Shown: one piece after another, positions 29,174 through 38,405 of the stretch
Position numbering within the stretch: the first letter of the stretch is position 1
Layout: every line of letters starts with the position of its first letter
From: Candidatus Borrarchaeum weybense
GTDB taxonomy: Archaea; Asgardarchaeota; Sifarchaeia; Borrarchaeales; Borrarchaeaceae
Assembly: GCA_019057385.1 (NCBI GenBank)
Contig: JAHQJS010000003.1
Coordinates: 64,001-128,000, forward strand
DNA length: 64,000 nt
Reading direction: 5' to 3'
Program-made: the position numbers and the translations under genes
Notes under the pieces: model-generated
Seen by the model: the letters and a program-made list of their open reading frames with translations, nothing else
What the model was told of the DNA's origin: nothing
Database searches by the model: none

Positions 29174-29983
29174 TCACACAGCCACCTTCTCATCCTGTTT
29201 ACTCATAGTATTCAAAGAAGTTCTCCAATCCTCGATTTTACTTAGAGAAAGCGGAATTTCAGTGGTTTCTTCTATAATTTTATAGTTTCCTTCGCTATCC
29301 TCTTCGACTCTTCGAAAAGTCTCAACCTTCTGAAGAGCAATATTAAGGATTTTGACGCAACCATATCCACTTGACCGTCCTGCCCCAAGAATTTCTACGT
29401 AGAGCATTGCTTCTATAAGAAACTTGATTTCAACATCAGTTAGATTAGTGACATCAATTTGAAAGGAAAAAAATCCACTGAAATAACTCTCACGAAAGTC
29501 TTGGATGGGAGTACCATCATAGGCAAGCGCTATTCTGTTTTCACTAGAGATGTGGACATTTTGAACTGGCACTATTGTTATAAAATCTTTGTGTTTAATC
29601 GAGGCAATAGGGTCTGCTGCGACAACAATAGAGGACTTTTCACGGAAGGTGCCAAAGATTGTTCTGAGAATACAGGGAGGATCGCATGTACCAAGCGCAT
29701 GAAATCCTTGCGGAAGAACACTTTTACCATCTTTAAGTTCAGTTTTTTCAGAACTATGACATACTTCGATGTTGCAGTCTTGAGCAAGTTCCATACAGGC
29801 ATGTCTTAACATCCCTCGGATACCTTTAATGTAATAAAATTTAGTATTGAACGTTTTTTCTCCATTCACATAAGGAAATTTCCCTAACAAGAGCATGCTA
29901 GAATTTTTCTGAATCGAGGCATTGATAGGCTTTGCTATGGGTGTAAAGGCGTGAACAACTATCTGGTTTTTGATTTTTCTCAT
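29174..29983 (-). CDS. Cas7-like RAMP protein (copy 2)
   Basis: IKGIRGMLRH, CDPPCILRTIFG, G-loop LGAGRSSGYGCV. Confidence 0.8.
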   Translation of the reverse strand: MRKIKNQIVVHAFTPIAKPINASIQKNSSMLLLGKFPYVNGEKTFNTKFYYIKGIRGMLRHACMELAQDCNIEVCHSSEKTELKDGKSVLPQGFHALGTCDPPCILRTIFGTFREKSSIVVAADPIASIKHKDFITIVPVQNVHISSENRIALAYDGTPIQDFRESYFSGFFSFQIDVTNLTDVEIKFLIEAMLYVEILGAGRSSGYGCVKILNIALQKVETFRRVEEDSEGNYKIIEETTEIPLSLSKIEDWRTSLNTMSKQDEKVAV

Positions 29984-30326
29984 GTTTCCAACCTCAAATA
30001 TATTTAGTACAAGTACCTATATAAACCTTGCTCAAAATAAACACTTTTTCTACTCTTGTTAGTAAAATGGGGTTTAAAATGACTTCCTTTTTAGAAATAA
30101 AGTATTTTAAACAGGTTTTATGTGAAAAACCATTGTATGTTTAGAACCTGATTTATAAATCACAATGTAACATTCAATTTACATCATCATTTTTTTAAAA
30201 GAATAGTTGTTTGATTTAACAAAATTAAGTTTCTTCGGGAATTCAAAAAGAGTACATTGATGGTATCAACTAAACTAAAAATCGTTCGAAAAAAATAATT
30301 GTTCCATTGATGGTTGCTAATAAAAA

Positions 30327-33300
30327 TTAGGGCAATAGATCTTTTACTGTAACTGGAGGACCCTTTTTCTGTGGTTTATAGATGCCTTCTAAATGTTGGA
30401 ATCTTTCAAACATTAAGTGGAGAGTTTCCTTATCTGGAGCGTAAATAAAGGGGATGAATCGCTTATTTTCTAGCAAAAAATCCTTGAGTTGTACTGCACA
30501 CTGCCTTAAAGCCTCCATTACTGTCATCTTCTGTTCAAGATAGTATATTTCTTGATTGAGTATATCATCAACTAGTCTCTCAACTTTGTAGTGTCCATTC
30601 CATGTTAGGTGATAGAATTGTTCGTGTTCAAGCGTTTTACGCTTCTTGAAATCAGCTTTTGTAAATTCACCATACAAACATGCTAAAATTAGGGTGAGCC
30701 TGAACAAGGGAATAAACATTTCTCGAAAATCAAAGATAGTGCCTAGAAAGGAGCGTTGGGTTTTTTTAAAGTGCAGTATCAGTTCATCCGGTACCCAAGA
30801 AAATCCTACTTCAGCGAGTGCTTTTCGACAGTAAAGGTTAAGATGACGATAAACAGCATTGAGTGCAGCACTAAAGGGTGTACGTGCTTTTACTTCTCCT
30901 AAAAGGACAACGGTGGAAATATAGCGTTCTAGGGTACGACTAATGATCTCAAAGTAGGTTCCTCTTAGCAAACGTTTAGGGATTTCCCAGGCAACTCCTT
31001 CAACTAAGCCTTCAAACCCACGGAGGTTGTCAATATTACCCCTCCAATAGAGAAAAGTATATGCTACTCGATCCAGCAATTTAGATAAGAGCTCTTGAGC
31101 ATTTTCAGCAGATAACAACCCCTCTTTTTCAACTTGGAGTACTGAATTGGCTAGACCTATATCTTTACTTATTGTCAGAAGCCATGCTAGCAATTTGCCT
31201 CGTTCTGTTCCTCTGATTCGCTGAGCGGCATATTTCAGTTCGTCGGCTACCTGTTGTTTCTTTGGAGTTAGTTTATTTTGTGCAAAGAAACTACCTTTTG
31301 GTGTATTTGCATCAATGAGTTTCTTGCTATATTTCTTACGAATGTATTGCGATATATCGCCACCTTCAATGATGATATTACGGATAGCACCGACTAAATA
31401 CCGTTTTGTTTCTCTTCCGTCTTTTAGTGTATGAACAAATCGTTTTTTTCTAATATCGAGCCTTTCATTACACTTGACACGGATATTTCGTTTTGGTCTT
31501 CTGATATAGACCTTTGTCTTTTTAACTCTCTGAACATAATTCCCGGGCTTACCTATAAGCAGTTCTAAATTTGTTTGCAATACATCACGATAACCCGGTT
31601 TTATTACAAGTTCACCATTAACGGTCAAATGATAACTGGAATTGCATTCAGGACAGACTGTATATTCCATATATGAGGACGGTAATTCCACAATGCCACG
31701 AGGTTTACAGTTTAAACATGTAATGCTGCCATTTGTTTCTTGCAATATTCTTATTTTACGTTTTTTTAACCTTTGAACATTTTCGTGATGTTCGCATGCA
31801 CTCTTCCTTGGTGTGGCGTAAGGATTTCTTGCTCGTTTTCCTACTTGTTTGTTTAATTTGCAGTTTAACACACAAACATGTGCATGTTTCGATCTTCGAC
31901 GGTCCTTTATAGGGTTTATCTGAATGAACTTACAAGATCCACAGGTGAGCCGAAGATGTTCAGGAATACTTGCGTTCACATCAGCTACATAGATTTTGGG
32001 GCGCCCTCGAAGCTGACCTTGAGAGATAACCTGTATTTGCTCTTGTATTTTTAACTGCTTGATGTGCTTAACTATCGTAGTATAGTGAACATTTTGATTG
32101 TATTGCTTGCGAACCTCTGACAAAATAAAATCGTAAGAAATGATTCCATGTTTTTTAATAATGTTATAAATTGCTTTATGAAGTCCGGGATATGGTTTCG
32201 GTCTTTGCTTTGGATACCAACGTCTCTTTTTAACTTTTTTCGCTTCATTAGCTTTAAGCTCATTATATTTAGCATTTAGTTTAGTTGAGAGTTCTTTAGC
32301 GACTCGTGCTTCTCTCAGGTCTCTTTGTCCCAAAAAGCTATAACTTGCTTCTGCGATCCATGAGGCTGTTTTCTTATGAGATTCAGCATCACCCAGTCGT
32401 ATTTTTGCCTGAATTGCAGCTTCTGTTACTGTAGATCCTTGACTTAGTAACTTAATGAAGGCTGTATACTGTTGGGCGTTATACCGTTTGGTGTTACTTA
32501 GTTCACGCATACATTGCCCAACAAGTTTGACTAATTGTTGGGAAAACTCCTGTTCTGAAGAGGAATGATTTGTGACAAAAAACTTCTTGATCCTTATTGC
32601 AATTTTGATCGGCAGTAAATATTTACTTGCCCAACGACCCTTGTCTGTTGCACAGAACCTTCCTCCATTTTTTCTAACAAAACCTTCCGTGATCAGCGTT
32701 TGAAGGATACCCTGTTTCTTATTTCTTTCATCAGACTCAGGTTTAGCCAATAGATCTCCTTTTAATTGCTGTTTGAAGTCTTTCAATTTGTCATAGGTGA
32801 ATGGTGTGAGAAATAAGCGAAGTTCGCCGTATTTAACCTTGTTTGCAGTGGTTCTTTTCCTGATCCAAATGAAAAATGTTCGAGTTAATCGTTTCAAGTC
32901 GTTCGGCAGGGAACCTTTGTGTGCGTCGAATAGTATTAACAGTAAATGATTTTCATTATTAAGTTGGCATAGTTCCTCTTCTTTGGTCATAAGTGCACTA
33001 TTCATTAGTTCGAACCAGTTCCGTAGCATTGTTTTGTATTGATGAAAGAAATAGTGCCTTTCAAGTTTGCTCAGTAATTGATTCGAGGATACAGAACCCT
33101 TAGCTATTAATGTAAGTACAATATCTGCCATTGAAGAACGTGCTTGGCTTTTAATGCTATGTTCTTTCACTATCAGTTGTCCTTCAACGATTTGTATCTC
33201 CTTTTGTTTCAGAAGTTCTTGGTCGTTTCCAACAAAGATCAAGTCAGCATACCCAATCCTATGATGTCGCGGTCGTGCCGCCCTGCCACTCAGTTGTATA

Positions 33301-34310
33301 AGCAGTTGGGGGCTGAACATTTCAGCATCGTTGATTATCACTCGTTTAATCGGAAAGTTAACCCCCTCTCCGTATTGGATTGTTGAAACAAAGACCTGAA
33401 ATTCGCCATTGTTAAGTCGCCTCATAGCTTCTCGTTGTTCTTTCTTACTGAGTCCTGCGTGACTGTAGCCAACTTTGAGATCGAAACCAGAATTCTTGAG
33501 AAAGATCTGCAATATTTCAGCATATTTCTCAACCTGTTTTCGTGTGTAACAGAAGAGTTGCACGATTTTGATCTGATGTTCATCATTCGAAGGTTGCTCA
33601 AAGGTCTTTTTTATCAATCTAGCGAAAAGAAAAATCTTTTTTCGTTCAATTTGTTCTAATTTATTGCCTGAAATTCCAAAAGTCGACACAATAAGTGTCG
33701 ATCGCCGCTCTTTTGTGTGTATAAGATGAGCATCGAGCCAACTTGCCAGATCTTCAGTATTACCTAATGTAGCCGAGAGATAGATAATTTGCGGACGAGG
33801 ACGCAACCACGCTTTAGCATTAACAATTGCGGTTTCTAGGTGCACGCCCCGCCCTTTTTTGCCTAAATTGTGCAGTTCGTCAACTACCAGCAATCCCACT
33901 TGGTCTAAGAATGGATATTCAAAATGTTTGGCTAGTAGTCCATTAAAGGATTCGTAGGTGATGACGAGAATATCCGCACTTTGAATCTCTTCAGGAGCTG
34001 GTCGATCATCTCCGCTGACCCTGAGGATGGTACATGTGTCTTGATACCACTCTTTGAATCTATCGTACATTTGATCGATTAGACGCTTGGTCGGCTCAAG
34101 GATCACACAGCGCAAACCTTTTCCTAGTATTTTTGTAGACATTATTTGAGCGATCAAGGTTTTTCCCGAAGCTGTGGGAGAGTACAATATCTTATCCTGT
34201 CTTTGCTTCCCAGAAAAACATGCTTCCCATTGAAAATCGTAGAGAGCTTTGATGTCAGCCTGTTCTAATCGTTGACGAATGAATTCGTAGTTAAACCCTC
34301 TTTTTGTCAT
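30327..34310 (-). CDS. SF2 (Ski2/Hel308-like) helicase - wHTH/Zn-finger - Cas1-like integrase fusion
   Basis: SPTASGKT, VVDELH, LSAT, QLSGRAAR; CxxC pairs; C-terminal IDNLRGFEG...PFSAALNAVY...GFSW...LILH...IFDFREMF...FIPF follows the Cas1 catalytic-domain pattern. Confidence 0.8.
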   Translation of the reverse strand: MTKRGFNYEFIRQRLEQADIKALYDFQWEACFSGKQRQDKILYSPTASGKTLIAQIMSTKILGKGLRCVILEPTKRLIDQMYDRFKEWYQDTCTILRVSGDDRPAPEEIQSADILVITYESFNGLLAKHFEYPFLDQVGLLVVDELHNLGKKGRGVHLETAIVNAKAWLRPRPQIIYLSATLGNTEDLASWLDAHLIHTKERRSTLIVSTFGISGNKLEQIERKKIFLFARLIKKTFEQPSNDEHQIKIVQLFCYTRKQVEKYAEILQIFLKNSGFDLKVGYSHAGLSKKEQREAMRRLNNGEFQVFVSTIQYGEGVNFPIKRVIINDAEMFSPQLLIQLSGRAARPRHHRIGYADLIFVGNDQELLKQKEIQIVEGQLIVKEHSIKSQARSSMADIVLTLIAKGSVSSNQLLSKLERHYFFHQYKTMLRNWFELMNSALMTKEEELCQLNNENHLLLILFDAHKGSLPNDLKRLTRTFFIWIRKRTTANKVKYGELRLFLTPFTYDKLKDFKQQLKGDLLAKPESDERNKKQGILQTLITEGFVRKNGGRFCATDKGRWASKYLLPIKIAIRIKKFFVTNHSSSEQEFSQQLVKLVGQCMRELSNTKRYNAQQYTAFIKLLSQGSTVTEAAIQAKIRLGDAESHKKTASWIAEASYSFLGQRDLREARVAKELSTKLNAKYNELKANEAKKVKKRRWYPKQRPKPYPGLHKAIYNIIKKHGIISYDFILSEVRKQYNQNVHYTTIVKHIKQLKIQEQIQVISQGQLRGRPKIYVADVNASIPEHLRLTCGSCKFIQINPIKDRRRSKHAHVCVLNCKLNKQVGKRARNPYATPRKSACEHHENVQRLKKRKIRILQETNGSITCLNCKPRGIVELPSSYMEYTVCPECNSSYHLTVNGELVIKPGYRDVLQTNLELLIGKPGNYVQRVKKTKVYIRRPKRNIRVKCNERLDIRKKRFVHTLKDGRETKRYLVGAIRNIIIEGGDISQYIRKKYSKKLIDANTPKGSFFAQNKLTPKKQQVADELKYAAQRIRGTERGKLLAWLLTISKDIGLANSVLQVEKEGLLSAENAQELLSKLLDRVAYTFLYWRGNIDNLRGFEGLVEGVAWEIPKRLLRGTYFEIISRTLERYISTVVLLGEVKARTPFSAALNAVYRHLNLYCRKALAEVGFSWVPDELILHFKKTQRSFLGTIFDFREMFIPLFRLTLILACLYGEFTKADFKKRKTLEHEQFYHLTWNGHYKVERLVDDILNQEIYYLEQKMTVMEALRQCAVQLKDFLLENKRFIPFIYAPDKETLHLMFERFQHLEGIYKPQKKGPPVTVKDLLP

Positions 34311-34851
34311 AATAATGATCTGCCCCCTCAGCTTCGTCTAATTAGATATTAGCTAAAATTCATTTATAAAGCGGGTAAACTTTCAAATCGATTGCTAGAA
34401 TGTTCTATTCGATAAAAAACAAGTTTGCCTTCGGCATAGTTACCTTCGCTATGTCGCTTCTCAAAAAAAAACCACCGTTGAAGAAGGTAATTAATCCTTC
34501 TCTTCAATGATAGAGGAGGGTTCGATTTTAATCACCTATAGAACATAATGAAATACAGAGGACAAAAAACTACAATAAGACTTATTGCTTCCAAAGTATT
34601 TAAACTCGACAACTCGTGATTTAAGTAGTTAATCAAGAAGGCTAAACTTCTTAGAAAATATGGTAGAAGAATCTTCATCGAAAAAGGTTTTTGAGGGAAA
34701 AGAAAAACATCTGTGACATTGTTCCTACTATAAGTTTGCCGATAAAGTTAAAAAAAAGACTTCGTATAGATATTGTCCAATACTTTGGCACAATAATGTA
34801 ACTCGTGGACTATTTTAATAATATAAGTTCCCTTGTAATCAAACAATTGAA

Positions 34852-35028
34852 GCGGGGGTGTCCGAGATCTCCTCTCAATGGAGAGTAACGGGAACTTGGC
34901 CAAAGGAGCAGGACTGAGGCTCCTGTGGCGTAGAGAAGCATTAGATGCCTTAGGTTTCGCGATCGCCTGCGTGGGTTCGAAGGAATAAAGCAAAATGGCT
35001 TATTCCGAAAATCCCATCCCCCGCACCA
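34852..35028 (+). tRNA. tRNA-Leu(GAG) with three non-canonical introns
   Basis: GCGGGGG...CAGGA-CTGAGGC-TCCTG...CCCCCGCACCA; same layout as tRNA-Leu(CAG). Confidence 0.88.
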
Positions 35029-35117
35029 CTCTTCACTCACGGAACAAATTACTGGTTTTTAATGGGTTAAATATGCGCCTTAATGTTGCAACATAATGTA
35101 TTGTCAATTTTCTCTTA

Positions 35118-35432
35118 GTGAGCTACCTCGTGCTAAAGCTTTGAGGCTTCCTGCTTCTACGACAGACTCGATCCCCTGGCGGGTTACGGAGGTCTTATCT
35201 CCACAGGCTTAACATCCCTACGCCCCGTAGGTACGGTTAACCATCGTGATGCAATCGAAGTATGCATCTTGACTACAAGTGTGCGTGTGATCCCTCCAAT
35301 TGCAGTTGATATCTCGTCATACCAGCTATATAACTCTTAGGGAGACCCCTCGATGCAAGTGATAAAAGTGAACACATATTATTGCAATTCATCACCACGC
35401 TGAAGCTTTGGTGCTTTCTTGCTCAGCTACTC
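35118..35432 (-). mobile_element. Non-autonomous IS200/IS605-family element (no ORF)
   Basis: Both ends and an internal block (CTCCACAGGCTTAACATCCCTACG.CCCGTAGGTAC) near-identical to the tnpB remnant at 62211-62799; subterminal hairpins. Confidence 0.8.
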
Positions 35433-35454
35433 GTAATTTTTCATTAGATTTCTT

Positions 35455-36444
35455 TCAGATTTTGACGGAATAATAGAGCGAGGAAGGAGCACCTGACAGA
35501 AGAAGCCAAATAAAACAAACAAACCAATCCAATATAGCAATTACAGAACATATAACGAGCGCACTAGGGAACAAAAAAGCAAATAAGCCGATCATGAATA
35601 ACATTTGGGATAGACCTGCAGGGTTAACGATACTCGCACCTAATAAGTATGAAGTTGCACCGATGAACAATGCTACACCAAAGGAGAGAGGATAGCCCAC
35701 AGCAATTGAGAGGATGTAGACTTTACTTGCTTCGAGAATCCAAATTGGAAAGGCAATAAGGAGTGCAAGAGGTGTATTTCGCTTATCAGTAATAAGATCT
35801 TCAATATCTTTCGTTAGTTCTGACATTCCTTCAACTGCTTTCTTCTGAATTTGCTTAGCAGGCTTAAAGATCGTTTGTAGAATTTTAATGCAGAAATTGA
35901 CGAACCAAGGCTTTCTAATTAAAACGAAAAAAGCGATAAACAAAGCAATAATACCAACAGAGAACAACCACGACTGAATAACACTTTGTAAGTCACTAAA
36001 AATGAATATGATAGAAAACGAGGTAATTATAACGAGTGCAACACTATCAACAAAGCGTTCAACGATTACTGAGGTCAAAGATTTAGAGAATGTGGTTTTT
36101 CTGTCTTTCGATAACCAATAACTTCTAACAAACTCTCCGACTCGAAGTGGGATGATTGTGTTGATAAAGATACCAGAGCACAAAATCGGAAATAGTCTTA
36201 TACTTGGGGGCAGTTTATAAGAAGAAAGAAGAAGATTCCAGCGACCAGTTCGAAGAGAAAAGGATACAATTATTAATAAGAACGTGGGGAACAACAAAAG
36301 AGTATTTGCTTGCTTTATGGCATCAAGAATAGCATTAAAACCAAGCTGGCTAAAAATATAGATGATGATGGCACTAGTTACCATGAAGATAAGAATGACA
36401 AACAATGTTTTGCGTAGAGTAAAATTAACGGAAATTACTCTCAC
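35455..36444 (-). CDS. Lysylphosphatidylglycerol synthase TM / UPF0104 flippase-like membrane protein
   Basis: Multi-TM; LRTGRWNLLL, NTIIPLRVGEFVRSY, SVIVERFVD. Confidence 0.85.
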   Translation of the reverse strand: MRVISVNFTLRKTLFVILIFMVTSAIIIYIFSQLGFNAILDAIKQANTLLLFPTFLLIIVSFSLRTGRWNLLLSSYKLPPSIRLFPILCSGIFINTIIPLRVGEFVRSYWLSKDRKTTFSKSLTSVIVERFVDSVALVIITSFSIIFIFSDLQSVIQSWLFSVGIIALFIAFFVLIRKPWFVNFCIKILQTIFKPAKQIQKKAVEGMSELTKDIEDLITDKRNTPLALLIAFPIWILEASKVYILSIAVGYPLSFGVALFIGATSYLLGASIVNPAGLSQMLFMIGLFAFLFPSALVICSVIAILDWFVCFIWLLLSGAPSSLYYSVKI

Positions 36445-36470
36445 CTATTTTAAATCTACAGAGATAGAAG

Positions 36471-37220
36471 TTACTTCCTCTTTTTCCTACCTGCTCGTCG
36501 AGCAGCAATGAGTCCTACTTTTCGACCTGGGGGTGCATTTCGTGATACTGTTGTTGGACCACCTGGTGCCTGTTTGCTGCCTCCGCCGTGCGGATGAGAT
36601 ACGATATTCATAGCTACACCACGTACATGTGGCCATTTTCTCCCTTTTGCGGTTATAAAGTGATATTTAGTGCCAGCTTTGACAAACGGTTTTTCAGGGC
36701 GACCTCCACCTGCAACTACGCCAATTGTAGCCCTACATTTTGAATTAATTATTATCGATTTTTTTGAGGGCAATTGTACGATAGTAGTGCCTTTAGAATG
36801 CGAAATGATTGTTGCATAGCAACCTCCTGATCTTATAAATTTCCCACCATCTCCTGGATTCTTTTCAATATTAAAGATGGGCGTTCCTTCCGGAATGTTT
36901 TCAAGTGGAAGAACATTTCCAATAGAAATAGTTGCATTTGAGCCATATTCAACAACTTGACCGATGTAAGCAGCTTCGGGTAATAGCAATAAACTTTTTA
37001 CTCCATCTTTATATTTTATGACGCCAACAGGTGCGCCACGTCCTGGATCATGATATAGACCAGTTATCACACCAGTTATTATACGTTCTACAGTTGATTT
37101 TTCGAGAGGGCGATACTTTACAGCGCCTCTTCTCTTGTGAGTATGAGCACGGAATGTTGGAGAGCCACGTCCTCTTCTTTGTACAAGAACTTTTTTACCC
37201 ACGCTTTTTTGCCTCCTCAT
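36471..37220 (-). CDS. rpl2: 50S ribosomal protein uL2
   Basis: QRRGRGSPTF, HDPGRGAP, VRGVAMN..SHPHGGG. Confidence 0.97.
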   Translation of the reverse strand: MRRQKSVGKKVLVQRRGRGSPTFRAHTHKRRGAVKYRPLEKSTVERIITGVITGLYHDPGRGAPVGVIKYKDGVKSLLLLPEAAYIGQVVEYGSNATISIGNVLPLENIPEGTPIFNIEKNPGDGGKFIRSGGCYATIISHSKGTTIVQLPSKKSIIINSKCRATIGVVAGGGRPEKPFVKAGTKYHFITAKGRKWPHVRGVAMNIVSHPHGGGSKQAPGGPTTVSRNAPPGRKVGLIAARRAGRKKRK

Positions 37221-37237
37221 AAATATTGAAAGGAATT

Positions 37238-37522
37238 TTAGAACATTCCCAATTTTGCAGCGAGATCACCTGCATCTTCTTTATCAGATAAGCGTACATA
37301 CGCTTTTTTTCTTCCATCAGGCAGAATAAGTGTATTAACACGGTCAACTTTTATATCGTAAAGAACTTCAACTGCTTTCTTAATCTCCCGCTTATTGGCA
37401 CGCCTATCTACGATAAATGCTAATTTATTTTCATTTTCGATCATATCGAACAACTTTTCACTGATTACTACATTATAAACAATTCGATGTAGCTTACCGC
37501 TAAGGATCGATTCTTTTTCCAT
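37238..37522 (-). CDS. rpl23: 50S ribosomal protein uL23
   Basis: ENENKLAFIVD, VNTLI...GRKKAYVRL. Confidence 0.96.
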   Translation of the reverse strand: MEKESILSGKLHRIVYNVVISEKLFDMIENENKLAFIVDRRANKREIKKAVEVLYDIKVDRVNTLILPDGRKKAYVRLSDKEDAGDLAAKLGMF

Positions 37523-37552
37523 TTTAGATTTTCTCCAAATAATTTATGGTTC

Positions 37553-38344
37553 TTAAGCCATTTGTTTAGCAAGATACTCTATCGCTGATTTTACCCAGAT
37601 GGTAAGCCTTCCAGGGTGACCACCAGGAGCTAAAGATTCTGTATTAAGGTTATTAACATGAATAATATCTATGCCCGGATGATTTCTTGCCGCTTTTATA
37701 ATCCCATTGTCTTCAGAAATCACAATAAGCGGACCTTTAGGCTTTTTATATTTGCGTCCTCTTAGTTTACCCTTTCCGCTTCGGATTTTTTTGCCGCTTT
37801 TTGCCCGAATAACATCTGTCCAGATACCGAGTTTCTCGAAAACACTTTTAGTTTCACTTGTTTTGGTTAATAATTGAAATTCATCTGTTAAGATAATTGG
37901 GAATTTTGAAATCATCTCAATAGAATGTCCTCTTTTGCGAACGAGAATTTTATTTGCAGTCGCAGCTATGGCAGAACGTAGTGCAAAACGTCTCTCATTT
38001 TTATTTATTCTTTCAACATGTATCTTTTCTGGTTTGGGAGGATGAGCTTGTCTTCCTCCAACAGCCATAGGGACGAAGGCACCTCTTGAACCAGCGTGAT
38101 GTCTACTTCCTTTTATACGAGGTACCCGAGCAATCCCTCGACCAACACCCATAGATTCAGCAGAAGTTCGCTGACCTGCCTTTTTGTTTACACCATAAGG
38201 TTGAATACGTGCAGTGATCGCTGCAATTACTGCACGTTGAATTAAGTCTGGGCGAAAGGGTGTGAAAAATATTGATGGTAAAGTGATTTCCTCTTTAATG
38301 GTCCCATCTAGATCATATACAATTCCTTTTTCTGGAATATTCAT
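37553..38344 (-). CDS. rpl4: 50S ribosomal protein uL4
   Basis: RPDLI, SAESMGVGRGIARVPR, LAPGGHPGRLTIW. Confidence 0.97.
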   Translation of the reverse strand: MNIPEKGIVYDLDGTIKEEITLPSIFFTPFRPDLIQRAVIAAITARIQPYGVNKKAGQRTSAESMGVGRGIARVPRIKGSRHHAGSRGAFVPMAVGGRQAHPPKPEKIHVERINKNERRFALRSAIAATANKILVRKRGHSIEMISKFPIILTDEFQLLTKTSETKSVFEKLGIWTDVIRAKSGKKIRSGKGKLRGRKYKKPKGPLIVISEDNGIIKAARNHPGIDIIHVNNLNTESLAPGGHPGRLTIWVKSAIEYLAKQMA

Positions 38345-38405
38345 TTGAATCGCCTATTACATATTGATTTAAATTGAAGGAGTCATATTAAAACCTAAAG
38401 AGTGA

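Noticed and set aside
27596-34851. Terminal inverted repeats or target-site duplication for the Cas1 module
   Set aside because: No convincing inverted or direct repeat found by eye between 27600-27840 and 34320-34850; needs alignment and empty-site comparison.
22620-35028. tRNA-Leu pair as attL/attR of an integrated element
   Set aside because: The copies are inverted, both full length with different anticodons, and they enclose housekeeping genes.
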